Shown piece after piece: positions 9,887-20,986 of a DNA stretch of 64,000 nucleotides (positions are counted from its first letter, which is position 1; every line of letters begins with the position of its first letter). The stretch is taken from the sequence record NC_048731.1; one strand, written 5' to 3'. The stretch comes from Escherichia phage fp01. Below the pieces are notes generated by a model. That model was not told the DNA's origin. It did no database searches and worked only from the letters and a program-made list of their open reading frames with translations. A program made the translations under genes and the position numbers.

Positions 9887-10761
9887 TGAGTAAATCCTGG
9901 GGAAAATTTATTGAAGAAGAGGAAGCTGAAATGGCTTCCCGTCGTAACCTAATGATTGTCGATGGAACTAACTTAGGCTTTCGCTTCAAGCATAACAATA
10001 GTAAAAAACCATTTGCCTCAAGTTATGTTTCCACTATTCAGTCTCTTGCAAAATCTTATTCTGCTAGAACTACAATAGTTTTAGGAGATAAGGGGAAGTC
10101 TGCATTCCGCTTAGAGCATTTACCTGAGTATAAGGGTAATCGAGATGAGAAATACTCTCAGCGTACGGAAGAGGAGAAAGCGTTAGATGAGCAGTTCTTC
10201 GAGTATTTGAAAGATGCTTTCGAATTATGTGAAACTACGTTCCCAACTTTCACTATTCGTGGTGTAGAAGCAGACGACATGGCAGCTTATATTGTTAAGC
10301 TCATCGGGCATCTATATGATCATATTTGGCTAATTTCTACCGATGGTGACTGGGATACTTTATTAACTGATAAAGTATCTCGCTTCTCTTTCACAACACG
10401 TCGTGAATATCATCTTCGTGATATGTATGAGCATCATAATGTTGACGATGTAGAGCAGTTTATCTCCCTGAAAGCAATTATGGGTGATTTAGGGGATAAT
10501 ATCCGAGGTGTTGAAGGTATTGGGGCAAAGCGTGGGTATAATATTATTCGTGAATTTGGTAACGTTCTGGATATTATTGATCAGCTTCCACTGCCTGGAA
10601 AACAGAAATATATACAGAATTTAAATGCTTCGGAAGAATTGCTTTATCGAAACCTAATTCTGGTTGATTTACCTACCTACTGTGTGGATGCTATTGCTGC
10701 TGTAGGTCAAGATGTATTAGATAAATTTACAAAAGATATTTTGGAGATTGCAGAACAATGA
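9886..10761 (+). CDS. flap endonuclease / 5'-3' exonuclease (T5 D15-like, 291 aa)
   Basis: N-terminus 'MSKSWGKFIEEEEAEMASRRNLMIVDGTNLGFRF' and overall sequence match what I recall of T5 5'-exonuclease; conserved acidic clusters 'VDGTN', 'GVEADD', 'STDGDWD'. Confidence 0.85.
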   Translation: MSKSWGKFIEEEEAEMASRRNLMIVDGTNLGFRFKHNNSKKPFASSYVSTIQSLAKSYSARTTIVLGDKGKSAFRLEHLPEYKGNRDEKYSQRTEEEKALDEQFFEYLKDAFELCETTFPTFTIRGVEADDMAAYIVKLIGHLYDHIWLISTDGDWDTLLTDKVSRFSFTTRREYHLRDMYEHHNVDDVEQFISLKAIMGDLGDNIRGVEGIGAKRGYNIIREFGNVLDIIDQLPLPGKQKYIQNLNASEELLYRNLILVDLPTYCVDAIAAVGQDVLDKFTKDILEIAEQ

Positions 10762-11204
10762 TTAAAATTAAATTAACTCATCCAGATTGTATGCCTAAGA
10801 TTGGTTCCGAAGATGCTGCAGGTATGGATCTGCGAGCATTCTTTGGTACTAACCCTGCTGCAGATTTACGTGCTATTGCACCAGGCAAATCCCTAATGAT
10901 TGACACCGGTGTCGCGGTGGAAATTCCGCGAGGTTGGTTCGGTTTGGTAGTTCCTCGTAGCTCTTTAGGTAAGCGTCATTTGATGATTGCAAATACCGCG
11001 GGAGTGATTGACTCAGACTATCGTGGAACTATTAAGATGAACCTGTTCAACTACGGTTCTGAAATTCAAACTCTGGAAAATTTTGAAAGACTTTGTCAGC
11101 TGGTAGTAGTACCACACTACTCAACTCATAATTTTGAAATTGTTGACGAACTAGGGGAGACTGATCGTGGAGAGGGTGGCTTTGGAAGTTCGGGAAGTAA
11201 ATAA
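10758..11204 (+). CDS. dut: dUTP pyrophosphatase
   Basis: dUTPase motifs 'AGMDLRA', 'VPRSSLG', 'GVIDSDYRGT', 'RGEGGFGSSG'. Confidence 0.85.
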   Translation: MIKIKLTHPDCMPKIGSEDAAGMDLRAFFGTNPAADLRAIAPGKSLMIDTGVAVEIPRGWFGLVVPRSSLGKRHLMIANTAGVIDSDYRGTIKMNLFNYGSEIQTLENFERLCQLVVVPHYSTHNFEIVDELGETDRGEGGFGSSGSK

Positions 11205-11228
11205 TCTACATATCAAATAAATAATAAA

Positions 11229-11260
11229 CCCCAGAGGGATATCCCTCTGGGGTTTTCTTT
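11229..11260. terminator. bidirectional rho-independent terminator between converging modules
   Basis: Hairpin 'CCCCAGAGGG-ATAT-CCCTCTGGGG' flanked by A-run upstream and 'TTTTCTTTTATT' downstream. Confidence 0.65.
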
Positions 11261-13389
11261 TATTGAGGTACTATCTGTACCTTTAATTGCTTGAGTTCTT
11301 CTTCTAAGTCTTCAATCCTTTTAATAAGATCTTGAACAACATGCATAGTATCAAGAAGCATTGGAGTTGTATCAAGTTCTTTTTGTTCCTGTTCTGCCCC
11401 ATTGTTATCATAGAATTTTCTAGTTTTAACATAAAGCGGTTCTATAACTTCTGTTTCCTGAGCGATAACACCTCGTCTTATACGTTGAAGATTATCGTTA
11501 TTATATATGAATGTCACAAAGTTTAGATTTTTGATGTTTTCTAAAGCTTTTTCAACAGTTGTATTTTCTATAGAATGTTTAAGGCGCCTATCTGAAGTTG
11601 CATTCTTTTGTAAAGTGTATGTTTCTTCTGATCCTGGTTGCCATTTGTGGAAAAAAATATCGGAATTTAATGGTTGAATACCGACACGAACTCCATAAGC
11701 GTTATTAGCATCGCCAGCAATATGCCATACGGATTGTGCAAAAGATGTTCCGTTGTGATGAATCATCCCCCAGTGACACGAAGTCTTATAACCACCTTGA
11801 CTAGATTGGGCACCACTAAGAAGACTATTAAAAGCGTAATTTGCTCCAATAGCCTGGTCTTCCGCGCTAAATGTACCTTTAGTAAAACCTGTTTCACTCC
11901 AAGCCATCATAGTCCCATATCTTGCTCTATATCGATCGCTACTCAGCGTACCTGTGTCATCAAAGGCAAGGTCTTTTGTCACCCCTTTTGTCTTGTTGTA
12001 TACAGACAGAATCGCATAATAAAGGCCATCCATGTATGCATCGCATCGCAATCCTGCATCCGCTTCAACAACGGTGCCGATTTTGTATTGGGCCTTTACC
12101 TGTCCTGACAATGCCTTTACGCCAGAGCCTGGGCGGACAGCATCAGCATTCATTACACTCCAAGACGTATTCGCGGCAACAAAGCCACCAGAGGCACGAA
12201 TCACCCAAACGCCGACAAAGTTGCGCGGAACGATTTCTGCTGCTGAACGACCATAAACAGGACTGCAGCGAGAAGCGTCAAAGTTGGTTTGTATGTACCT
12301 TGAACCAGAGCCAACCGCAGCAGGAGCGTCCCCCGAAGTTATCGACTGAAAAGCACCGTTAGTTGCCACTTGGCTTGCTAAAGAAGCCAATGTCACCATT
12401 GTGTGCGGCGCTGCGTAAGTTATATTTGGAGCGCCTGATTCAGACACAACCCCGTTGGACGATGAATTCCCGCCGTCACCCCTGCCAAATAAGGCCTGTA
12501 TGGAACCAGTTTGAACACCGTTCCTGTCAGGCACTCGAAACGTTGTTGTTCCGTTACCCAAAGAATATTTACCACGCTTTGATGCGTCAGCAAGCCATTC
12601 CGCATCTGAAATCGGCGTAAGCATTTGCGCATATGCCCAAAGCTCAGGCCAGTCAGCCCTGTTAAGAAGCTGCCCATCAGAAACCACCTCATACGGTTGA
12701 ATATACGCACGGCTATCTCGAAGATGGAAATCACCGACACCGTAGTTCATCACGCCATTCATTGTGGGTCCTACTGTGCCAGTATTAATTTTGTTCTCCA
12801 CCCAACGCTTAGTTACAGCATCATAATCATTAACGGGGTCTCCCGCAAGGGGGGTAGATCCAATAGGACGAACATTTAACCACGCAGCTGCGCGATCTGC
12901 TAAATCTGATAAATTATTTTCAGTCAATAGGCTTTCGTCTTTTGTTGGCACATTATAACTTTGTCTAAAAGCTTCTTTTGATACTACTCCAGTACCCCCT
13001 TGTTCTATAGAAAGTGCAGTGGTTAAACCTGTTAAAGATTTAATAGTTGAGTTGGCACCATCCATGTCTATACTAGCAAATCTTGACCATGCAGTCCATG
13101 AACTGTAAAAAGATCTACTATATATCTCATTACTATTATAAGGTAAGTAAATTTGAGTACAAGAAGTTGCTAAATTGCTTGCATTATTTTTTAAAACTAG
13201 TAATGTACCTGCAGCCGCAACAGGATAGTTAAGAGAAGTAGGAGAGTTAGCATTTTCAGATTGCCAATACTTTCCATACACACTCCCATCAAGTGTATTT
13301 AAATTTGTTCCTGTAGTAATTAAACCATATACAGGTAAAGCGGCTACATCAGTAGCCTTTAAGTTAATTTTATCAATTCTAAGAGCCAT
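11260..13389 (-). CDS. L-shaped tail fibre distal protein with C-terminal intramolecular chaperone (auto-cleaving) domain
   Basis: C-terminal ~110 aa ('KHSIENTTVEKALENIKNLNFVTF...EDLEEELKQLKVQ') resembles the S74-type chaperone domain found at the end of T5 pb1 and other phage fibres; body is Gly/Ser/Thr-rich. Confidence 0.65.
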   Translation of the reverse strand: MALRIDKINLKATDVAALPVYGLITTGTNLNTLDGSVYGKYWQSENANSPTSLNYPVAAAGTLLVLKNNASNLATSCTQIYLPYNSNEIYSRSFYSSWTAWSRFASIDMDGANSTIKSLTGLTTALSIEQGGTGVVSKEAFRQSYNVPTKDESLLTENNLSDLADRAAAWLNVRPIGSTPLAGDPVNDYDAVTKRWVENKINTGTVGPTMNGVMNYGVGDFHLRDSRAYIQPYEVVSDGQLLNRADWPELWAYAQMLTPISDAEWLADASKRGKYSLGNGTTTFRVPDRNGVQTGSIQALFGRGDGGNSSSNGVVSESGAPNITYAAPHTMVTLASLASQVATNGAFQSITSGDAPAAVGSGSRYIQTNFDASRCSPVYGRSAAEIVPRNFVGVWVIRASGGFVAANTSWSVMNADAVRPGSGVKALSGQVKAQYKIGTVVEADAGLRCDAYMDGLYYAILSVYNKTKGVTKDLAFDDTGTLSSDRYRARYGTMMAWSETGFTKGTFSAEDQAIGANYAFNSLLSGAQSSQGGYKTSCHWGMIHHNGTSFAQSVWHIAGDANNAYGVRVGIQPLNSDIFFHKWQPGSEETYTLQKNATSDRRLKHSIENTTVEKALENIKNLNFVTFIYNNDNLQRIRRGVIAQETEVIEPLYVKTRKFYDNNGAEQEQKELDTTPMLLDTMHVVQDLIKRIEDLEEELKQLKVQIVPQ

Positions 13390-13398
13390 TTTAACTCC

Positions 13399-13704
13399 TT
13401 ATGCCCACATGCGAACAGGTGTTTCTGGGTTTACTATAAATTTATCTAGTATAGAGAGATCAAAATCATCAATATTCATAATACGCAGATTAACGTGATA
13501 TCCTTCTTGCACTACATACTCAATATCTTCTATATTTTGATACTCTGTTAAGGGTTTTGCAGGCTGACTGATAATACCGATAAAATCAATACTGACATTT
13601 TCACAATATAAACTACCTGTTTCTTCATCTAAACTAAAGCCAAATTTTATCAAATTAATTTTCATTTCATCAGCATTAGTAAATTTTAGATATAAATCTT
13701 TCAT
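13399..13704 (-). CDS. hypothetical protein within tail-fibre locus
   Basis: Compact ORF between the two fibre genes; no motif. Confidence 0.4.
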   Translation of the reverse strand: MKDLYLKFTNADEMKINLIKFGFSLDEETGSLYCENVSIDFIGIISQPAKPLTEYQNIEDIEYVVQEGYHVNLRIMNIDDFDLSILDKFIVNPETPVRMWA

Positions 13705-13750
13705 TATAGAATCCTTAATTTTATGGGAACATTATATAATATTCCTGTAC

Positions 13751-15654
13751 TTACCGTAAGCCATTAATTTGATCATTATTTAAAGCCCTATACCATACTC
13801 GGAAATTCTTAATATGATATACAAATTTAGAAGGGGTAGGAGATGGTGATGCACCTAACCTAGACGGAATACCTGTCAAACTCACGGGAGTACTAGTAGA
13901 TTTAGCAGTTTTACCATTAAAGAAATTACTAATCTCATTCCCTGTTATTTTTTGAGCATAGGTCATAGGAGGTAGACTTTCTATATCTGGAATAGCTAAG
14001 GTTGGCCCTGTACTAGATCTATATGTTCTTATAGTGGCATTATCAGCGCTATCACAGCGGCAGATAATGTCATACTTAGAACCTCTTACTTGCATAACTT
14101 CTACATAACTAGTATAAGGTCGTACTTTACAATTAAATTCAAAAGATACTGTGCGCTCAAAGTAGTCCGCCAGGGTTCTATAGCCGGCATTATCTGGTAT
14201 ACACCACCATTCATCTGCTGTTCTAGTAGTGGTGGTATCAGTGCTATTACGGATGTAAGAAGTTGGAGCTATGCCTTCCTCAACCTGTATACCCCAAATG
14301 TAGAAACCAGAAACACCATCCCCCTGGTAGACAGTAGTATTGGTATTTTTAGCCATCTGGAGTCTAAATATAGTGCTTCGACTTTCAGTGGCTGCAAAAG
14401 AAACCCAAATTCTATATATACCTCCAGTTAATCTCTCATACCCCCCTCTAATATTACTAGCAGAACCACTTGTAGCAACAGTTTCATTTTTAATATCAAA
14501 AAACATACCAACAGTTGTACCGGAAGCTACACGTAGATATACTAAACGGTTAGCGGTATCATCTTTAACATAAGCAGAATAGCAATAAAAAGTATCAGCA
14601 GTCAAAGATATCCATTTATCGTTGCAGTAATGCTCGCCGTCATTGGTATTCTCGGTAAACTTAGTCATCAACATTTCGCCAGTCGGGCACGCCGAAGCAT
14701 TAGGAGTTGTAATAACTAGACTACCTCCAGTAATTGCTTCTGAATTAGTATATAAATTAGTGCACTGAGACTCCATTAATAAACCTTGCTTTTCAAATCT
14801 AGGTTCATTAATATCTGCAAAACACATTTTACCACTTTTATCTATATAACTGGCGGTAGTTGAGCGAGTAAAATTTGCAGATTTTGTTGGCAATTCCAGA
14901 GTTACATCATTAATTGTTGCTAAATCGTAGGGGGCCATACCAGATAATAATCTCATATCATCAGTTAAAGGTACCCAAACATCCGGATAAGGGACAGGTT
15001 CATACATAATAATACTAGCAGCAGAAGCAGCGGCGGCAGCTTCAGAAGCTTTAGCATTAATTTCAGAAGCTTTAGCGTTAGTCTCTGAAGCTTTAGCATT
15101 AGTCTCAGAAGNNNNNNNNNNNNNNNNNNNNNNNNNNNNNNNNNNNNNNNNNTTTTACTTGCTAATGCATTAGTTTCGCTAGTAGCAGCATTAGTTTCCG
15201 AGGTTTTAGCTTTGGTTTCACTAGATTTTGCATTAGTTTCTGATGCTTTTGCATTAGTCTCGGATGTTTTAGCCTTAGTTTCACTAGCTTTCGCATTAGT
15301 CTCAGATACTTTAGCTGCTGCGGCTGATGCTGCAGATCTATCCGCTGATGCAGCAGATTGAGTAGCAGATGTAGCGGACTGAGTGGCAGAGGCTTCAGAA
15401 GCTCCAGCAGAAATAGCAGCTTCCTGTTCAGAATCCTTAGCATTAAGTTCTGAAGTCTTAGCAGCTATCTCAGAAGCTTTTGCAGCTGCAGCAGATTTAG
15501 CCGTAGCCTCAATAGAGGATACTAATTCACTTGCAGTAATAGAGCTAATAGAATTACCTAGAGTTACAGTATATCTAGGAAATTTACTAGCAGTAGCTTT
15601 AGTATCATCAATATTTAATATCTGTTGTACAATAATCTTAGTAGTTACTGCCAT
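13751..15654 (-). CDS. L-shaped tail fibre proximal protein (interrupted by assembly gap; true length unknown)
   Basis: Reading upstream of the Met at 15007 in the same frame stays open through the 21-nt repeats to the gap; beyond the gap the N-terminal part starts at 15654. Track ORFs 13751..15007 and 14965..15654 are therefore one gene. Confidence 0.55.
15040..15310 (-). repeat. tandem 21-nt repeats encoding 7-aa units (SETNAKA-like)
   Basis: At least 10 copies of 'GCATTAGT(C/T)TC(A/G)GA(A/T)GCTTTA'-like units on the plus strand, encoding 'ASETNAKASETKAKTSETNA...'. Confidence 0.8.
15112..15152. other. assembly gap (41 N)
   Basis: Run of n inside the tandem-repeat region; length is not a multiple of 3, so the downstream frame in the track is artefactual. 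Confidence 0.95.
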
Positions 15655-16076
15655 TATTTAGTTACCCCATCACTGATAAATACTTTACCCTCCATTATGC
15701 GAAAGGAGCTAATTGCAGATCCTACAACATCTCTAGTCATGATTATATCATAGTATCCTGCTAATCGCTGACGGGGGTTATACTTATCTCTATCTTTAGA
15801 TGCTTTAGCTCCTAGATTTTCCACGGATTCTACTGGCAAACTTATAGCCACAGCCCCCTGGGCAGCATCAATAATATTAGTAGTAAAGGATGCTAGGGTT
15901 TCTGCGTTCTCTTCTAGACTACTTTTTATAACACCTCTTAGAGAATACCCCGTTAAATTAACAGGGGTATTTGTAGGTGGGTAAGTACTATCATCAACAT
16001 CTAAGAACTGCATCATTAAACCATATGGTACTTTCTCATCTATTACTAAGTCTATAACTCTATTTTCAGTACTCAT
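15654..16076 (-). CDS. tail collar protein (T5 p132-like)
   Basis: 140 aa; sits between baseplate genes and the fibre gene as in T5; assignment by order and size. Confidence 0.45.
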   Translation of the reverse strand: MSTENRVIDLVIDEKVPYGLMMQFLDVDDSTYPPTNTPVNLTGYSLRGVIKSSLEENAETLASFTTNIIDAAQGAVAISLPVESVENLGAKASKDRDKYNPRQRLAGYYDIIMTRDVVGSAISSFRIMEGKVFISDGVTK

Positions 16077-16079
16077 TAT

Positions 16080-18152
16080 TTACCTTATATGGATGTACCC
16101 GTTTTGCAGGTCTATCTTCATTCTGTAATAGGCTTCCGGGTTGGAGGATAGTGCTGCTGCACGATCATATATAATATTTACACCGATTTGGGATAGGAAA
16201 GCATTACCAGCAACTATTTTACTAGCAGTTACAGTACCATTAACTATCATATCACCGTGTAAGACCATAGCAGGGCTAACCCATGCCGAGCCATTCCATT
16301 GTCTAGTAAATGCTGTTTGCGGAGCATTACTATTAAACTCAGTTAATACATCGTATTTAACAGGCGGGGAACCAAAATTACTTTGGAAGAAGGAGTTAGC
16401 ACGACTATCGTCCCATCCTCCTAATCCGGCCACTCCAAGAGAATACATGCCCGGACCTCTCTGGCCATCCGCACCAATAGTACCTTCAGTACCACTCCAC
16501 TGAACAACATCCGCCCAACTAGTACCTTCCAATAATTTATTTGTAACAGGGTCTAGAGTACCAGTTGTAGCATAAATATTCTGAGTCATATCAGTACGGT
16601 TAGGTGGTGTTTTAGACCATCCAGGAGGCGGATAATCTTGCTCCAATGGTTTTGCTGGCAAACTTTTACCAAGTTTATAAACAAATACTGTTTGTTTACC
16701 CTGCATCCCAGTACCAATATCTACGTCTCCATTAGGAGTACCAATAACAACTCCACTAGAAATACGAAGAGTATCGCCATCATAGCGTATCCACTGAGTA
16801 GCATTACCTATATCTAACTTTGGCTTAGCAGAAGTGTTATCCATTCCCATCCAGATACCAGATTTTGTATCTCCCCAAGTTTTACCTTGAGTATAGATTG
16901 CCGGGTTATCTTGGCCAGTTAGATTAGTCATTACAAAGTTAGCAGCATTGATAGTTTTAGTTATAATACTACCATCAACGTTAACTATCTTTTTAATAGG
17001 GTCGAAAGATATTGGTGCTTTTCCTTCTGCATCTAGGAGGCCTATATTAATAGCACCAGTAGCAGCATCGATTAAAAATGTTTGCTTCCACGTGGAGCCA
17101 TCTTTGATCTTACCTTTAATATACGCATAGTTTACTTCTATACCAGTTTCATTAACAAAGCTATTATCAAGATGGGTGTCCTCATTTAGTATAAAAGTCT
17201 GTACTGCAGAATCTGTAACATCTTGAGCATTTGGCCCCCACGCTATAGAGGAGACCTTAAATTTATGCTCAATTTTCCACGGAAACGATATAATAGTTGC
17301 CGCTTGTGCAGCACCTACGTTAATTTTTTGGGCCTTAGTCCATCCAGTTCTTGCAAATTCTGTGGAATCTATATAAGAAACGACAAATTCCCGAACATTG
17401 GCTCCAGATCCCCTATTCCACTCCCACTGTACACGAAGGTCATATCTCTCTTTACCATCTGCAATTCTTGCAGCCTTGAAGGTAATATTGCTAGGAGCAG
17501 TGGGCGGTACAAAGTTATACTCTACAGTAAGAACTTTAGAAAATTCAAAGTATCCAGAGGAGTCTACCGTTACACCATCAGGCATAGTAACTTGCCCTGA
17601 TATGCGTACTTTATAATCACCAATAGGGACACCACCAAATCTAATAGTGGGGGATAACGGACCTACATAATATTTTACCCACGTACTATTTGAAGGTTGA
17701 GTACTTTTTAACTCAATAGTACAGTAGCTTGCTTCACCAGTTGTTTCTACGACAACTATCGGTGCACCTACCCCAACATCCACAGGTTCTGATTCAGATC
17801 TTGCTGCAACAATTGTTGGCTTCTCTTTTGTCCTAAAGTTAGTCTCATTAGAGAGATTGATACCAATCTTAGCCTCTAACAGTTCAGAATCAATAATAGA
17901 GTCGTAAAAAGCCCCTTGAATCTCATAAGAGGTTGAAGGGGTCAGATTATTAATCATTACGAAGAAAGTATCTATACCAGTATAATCACGTCTATCTATA
18001 CTTTCTCCTGTCTTTAACCAAAAAGATCTGCCAATAACGTCATAGTCAGTATATATAGAATGCTGGACATATGCCATTGTATATCCAGTCATTATACTAT
18101 TTAAGACCATTTTGGCTGGTGCATTATTCGAAATCATTAAATGGATGCCCAC
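16080..18152 (-). CDS. baseplate tube / central fibre protein (T5 pb4-like)
   Basis: 690 aa, Gly/Thr/Ser-rich beta-rich composition, downstream of hub gene. Confidence 0.45.
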   Translation of the reverse strand: MGIHLMISNNAPAKMVLNSIMTGYTMAYVQHSIYTDYDVIGRSFWLKTGESIDRRDYTGIDTFFVMINNLTPSTSYEIQGAFYDSIIDSELLEAKIGINLSNETNFRTKEKPTIVAARSESEPVDVGVGAPIVVVETTGEASYCTIELKSTQPSNSTWVKYYVGPLSPTIRFGGVPIGDYKVRISGQVTMPDGVTVDSSGYFEFSKVLTVEYNFVPPTAPSNITFKAARIADGKERYDLRVQWEWNRGSGANVREFVVSYIDSTEFARTGWTKAQKINVGAAQAATIISFPWKIEHKFKVSSIAWGPNAQDVTDSAVQTFILNEDTHLDNSFVNETGIEVNYAYIKGKIKDGSTWKQTFLIDAATGAINIGLLDAEGKAPISFDPIKKIVNVDGSIITKTINAANFVMTNLTGQDNPAIYTQGKTWGDTKSGIWMGMDNTSAKPKLDIGNATQWIRYDGDTLRISSGVVIGTPNGDVDIGTGMQGKQTVFVYKLGKSLPAKPLEQDYPPPGWSKTPPNRTDMTQNIYATTGTLDPVTNKLLEGTSWADVVQWSGTEGTIGADGQRGPGMYSLGVAGLGGWDDSRANSFFQSNFGSPPVKYDVLTEFNSNAPQTAFTRQWNGSAWVSPAMVLHGDMIVNGTVTASKIVAGNAFLSQIGVNIIYDRAAALSSNPEAYYRMKIDLQNGYIHIR

Positions 18153-20986
18153 TCCACAGACTGTTCTCCATCATCTCCTTCCGCTCTAATACGAAAATAT
18201 AGTTTTCTATTGATTCCTAGAGCATCACTATTATGAAGAGCAAAATCTGCCTTATTATACATTAATAAATAGTCATAAGTATACTGATTTTCAATACGTA
18301 CACTTCTTAGCATTCTATTCTGGGAATCATAGATTTCCAGAGTATAGAATATACTTTCTATTATATCTTCTTCTGGTATCCTATCCCAAGCTAGTTTTAC
18401 ATCTGGGCCTACAAATTCAGTTACATCCCCAGAAGCCGTATTAGTTACCCTAAAATTAGATACTACGCTTAGGTTTTTAGCAGAGTTAAGTTCTATAGAT
18501 AATGTTACTGGAGAACTTCTCCTACCATTTATATCCACAGCCCTTATTTCAAATATTGCTAAACCTGCAGGCTCTCCAATTATCTCTTGGATCATGCGTT
18601 CATTGGGATTTGTTTCTAGTTGCTGCACAATATAAGGCTCAGCATGACCGGAATGCACGATAGAGTAATAAACTACGTTATTAGTTAAACTTGGAAGCCA
18701 GGATAACTCACCATTTTTTCCTATGGAACCAACTAAACCACCAGGTGTAGGAGTATATTTAAAATCTCTAGGAGGAAGAACATTGTTACTAATATCTGGT
18801 ATATCATTACCACTATTATCTACTTGATCAGAGTTGATAAATACATCTTCCCCATACTCCTGTAGAGTAACATTTATCTTTCCTTCCCTAGAGTTTTCGA
18901 CTTCATCTACTAAAAAGTACTTCTTATCCCATCCGTAACGGTCGTATGTAAATGCAATAGCATCATTAGGCTCAATACCAATGAATTGATATGGTAAAGA
19001 AAATGAGAGGGTTCTAGAATACCTAGATTTCTTAAGTTCTCTGTCTGCAAAACTTCTAGCAGTATAGTAGTTAGTTATATTTGCAAAAGATAATTGTAAT
19101 TTTTTGTCTAAATTTTTATCTTGCTCTTTATATCTAGAGTTATAAAAGGTAATAGAGTTAGTTTTCCAGCTAAGAGCTGGGTCTACGATAGATGCTTGAA
19201 CTGAGTTGAATTTATTTCTACCAGTAGTATCTGATAGCTCTAAATCACCATAAGTATCCAGAAAATTAATTTCTAATGGAGTATTAGAATATTTTTCTAC
19301 AGTAATCCTATATTGACCCGATAAGTTGTTAATAGCCCCACCGTAGGATTCTAGTAAACCTTGAACATTTTTAAATACTGATTCAGATGTATCTAGAATA
19401 GTATTCATTTGTACTATTTGTCTATTTTCTGCTAATGGATCAGTCCACCCAACATATCTCCAGTATGGCTGCCAGGATACTTGGTAGGATTCATCTATAA
19501 TATCTAGGATAGCAGCTTCTTGTACCAATTGTTGGAGAGGGAACTGATCAATAGCAATGTTTGCACCATACCTATCTGAAGTTAAGTAGTCAAGTGTTTG
19601 CCAAATACCATTTAAACTAGTACTATTAGCAGTTACTCTACCATCAGAATGGTAGATTTTTATCTTCTTACCCTGAATCTCAGCACTAACTTCTGGAATC
19701 TCAGTTCTATTTTCATTAATAGTAAAGCGTACTACCGCGTATGCAGTATCTAATAGTTTATATCTAGCATCCCAGTACTCAGGCCCATTACCGTTCATAC
19801 TTTGGAGATAGAACCCACGCTCCTTCGCTATATTTACTAATACTTCAGAAGCCGTTTGATCAGCTTTTCCATGATAAGTCCAAATCCTTATATCACCATT
19901 ACCATCGTTATATTTATATTCCTGGCCATGCACAGAAGGACTACTAGAAGACATTCCTGATGCTATTCTCTGCATGGTGTCTCCTGCTACTTTTTTAACA
20001 CCGAAACAGGTTCTAGCAGAGCTATCATTAGAGTCCATACAAATCATAGGGTTATCCCCGAAGGAAAAGTCAAGAAAACCGTCTATCTCTCCTTCAGCAA
20101 AAGCATATACTACGTAAACTATATTAGGATTGTGTAATTCCGTATCCGCAAAAATAGGTATTCCCGGTATTTTCTGTACACCATAAACTACTGGTATATA
20201 CTTAGCAGCAAGGTTAAAATCTATATCTACTTCTTTAGTAACAGTCTCATAATACTTTTTAAGACTATAACTTCTAGATAGTCCAAATAGCTTTTTCTTA
20301 GACTTTAGCTTGTATCTTTCTTCCTGTACCTGATACTTTGCTAGAATAGAGATACTTTTATTGGCGTGAAAGAAACCGTAGTCTTCTTGGTACTCAAGTC
20401 TTTTAGCCCCATTAGATGGAAGTAATTGTCCTGCTACAACTTCAAGCCCTCTATGAGAAGCATCATCAGTAAATCTACCATTAACCCTATCAAAATCATA
20501 GAATTGGTTAGAACAATTCCAAGTAATTGTGGAGGTTCCAACTCCCGAAGTACTAATATTATCCTTAATACCTCCACCAGTAATTCTACCTCTAAAGTAT
20601 AATAAAGGCCCATTTGTGTCTGGGTCTACAGGTAAAATAGAACCATCCTCTGTAATAATTGCTTGATGAATTGATACTAGTCTATCTAAAAAGGACACAC
20701 CATTCTGCACTAATTTCAGTACTTCATCCTGCGCTGTACCTGTAATAGTAAAAGATAGGCTGCCAATAGATAAATCTCTATTTTGTTTATGTGTGCTAAT
20801 AGACTTAACTTTACCGGCCTGGTACAGAATACCGTTATATAGTACATCTCTAAAATAGTCAGTTAAGTAAATAAAAGCAGTACTAGTACCAGTAGAGCCG
20901 GGTAATTCTAGAGAAATTAGACTAGCAGTTTTTATTCTGCTATTATTTTTTAAGTAGTTTCTAGCACTATCTAATATTTTTTTCAT
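18137..20986 (-). CDS. baseplate hub protein (T5 pb3-like, 949 aa)
   Basis: Large protein directly after Dit-like gene; size matches T5 pb3 as recalled. Confidence 0.55.
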   Translation of the reverse strand: MKKILDSARNYLKNNSRIKTASLISLELPGSTGTSTAFIYLTDYFRDVLYNGILYQAGKVKSISTHKQNRDLSIGSLSFTITGTAQDEVLKLVQNGVSFLDRLVSIHQAIITEDGSILPVDPDTNGPLLYFRGRITGGGIKDNISTSGVGTSTITWNCSNQFYDFDRVNGRFTDDASHRGLEVVAGQLLPSNGAKRLEYQEDYGFFHANKSISILAKYQVQEERYKLKSKKKLFGLSRSYSLKKYYETVTKEVDIDFNLAAKYIPVVYGVQKIPGIPIFADTELHNPNIVYVVYAFAEGEIDGFLDFSFGDNPMICMDSNDSSARTCFGVKKVAGDTMQRIASGMSSSSPSVHGQEYKYNDGNGDIRIWTYHGKADQTASEVLVNIAKERGFYLQSMNGNGPEYWDARYKLLDTAYAVVRFTINENRTEIPEVSAEIQGKKIKIYHSDGRVTANSTSLNGIWQTLDYLTSDRYGANIAIDQFPLQQLVQEAAILDIIDESYQVSWQPYWRYVGWTDPLAENRQIVQMNTILDTSESVFKNVQGLLESYGGAINNLSGQYRITVEKYSNTPLEINFLDTYGDLELSDTTGRNKFNSVQASIVDPALSWKTNSITFYNSRYKEQDKNLDKKLQLSFANITNYYTARSFADRELKKSRYSRTLSFSLPYQFIGIEPNDAIAFTYDRYGWDKKYFLVDEVENSREGKINVTLQEYGEDVFINSDQVDNSGNDIPDISNNVLPPRDFKYTPTPGGLVGSIGKNGELSWLPSLTNNVVYYSIVHSGHAEPYIVQQLETNPNERMIQEIIGEPAGLAIFEIRAVDINGRRSSPVTLSIELNSAKNLSVVSNFRVTNTASGDVTEFVGPDVKLAWDRIPEEDIIESIFYTLEIYDSQNRMLRSVRIENQYTYDYLLMYNKADFALHNSDALGINRKLYFRIRAEGDDGEQSVEWASI

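Noticed and set aside
14965-15443. Leu-rich C-terminal tail of the 229-aa ORF and the 93-aa ORF 15162..15443
   Set aside because: Out-of-frame readings of the 21-nt tandem repeat caused by the 41-N gap; the in-frame reading continues into the 418-aa ORF.
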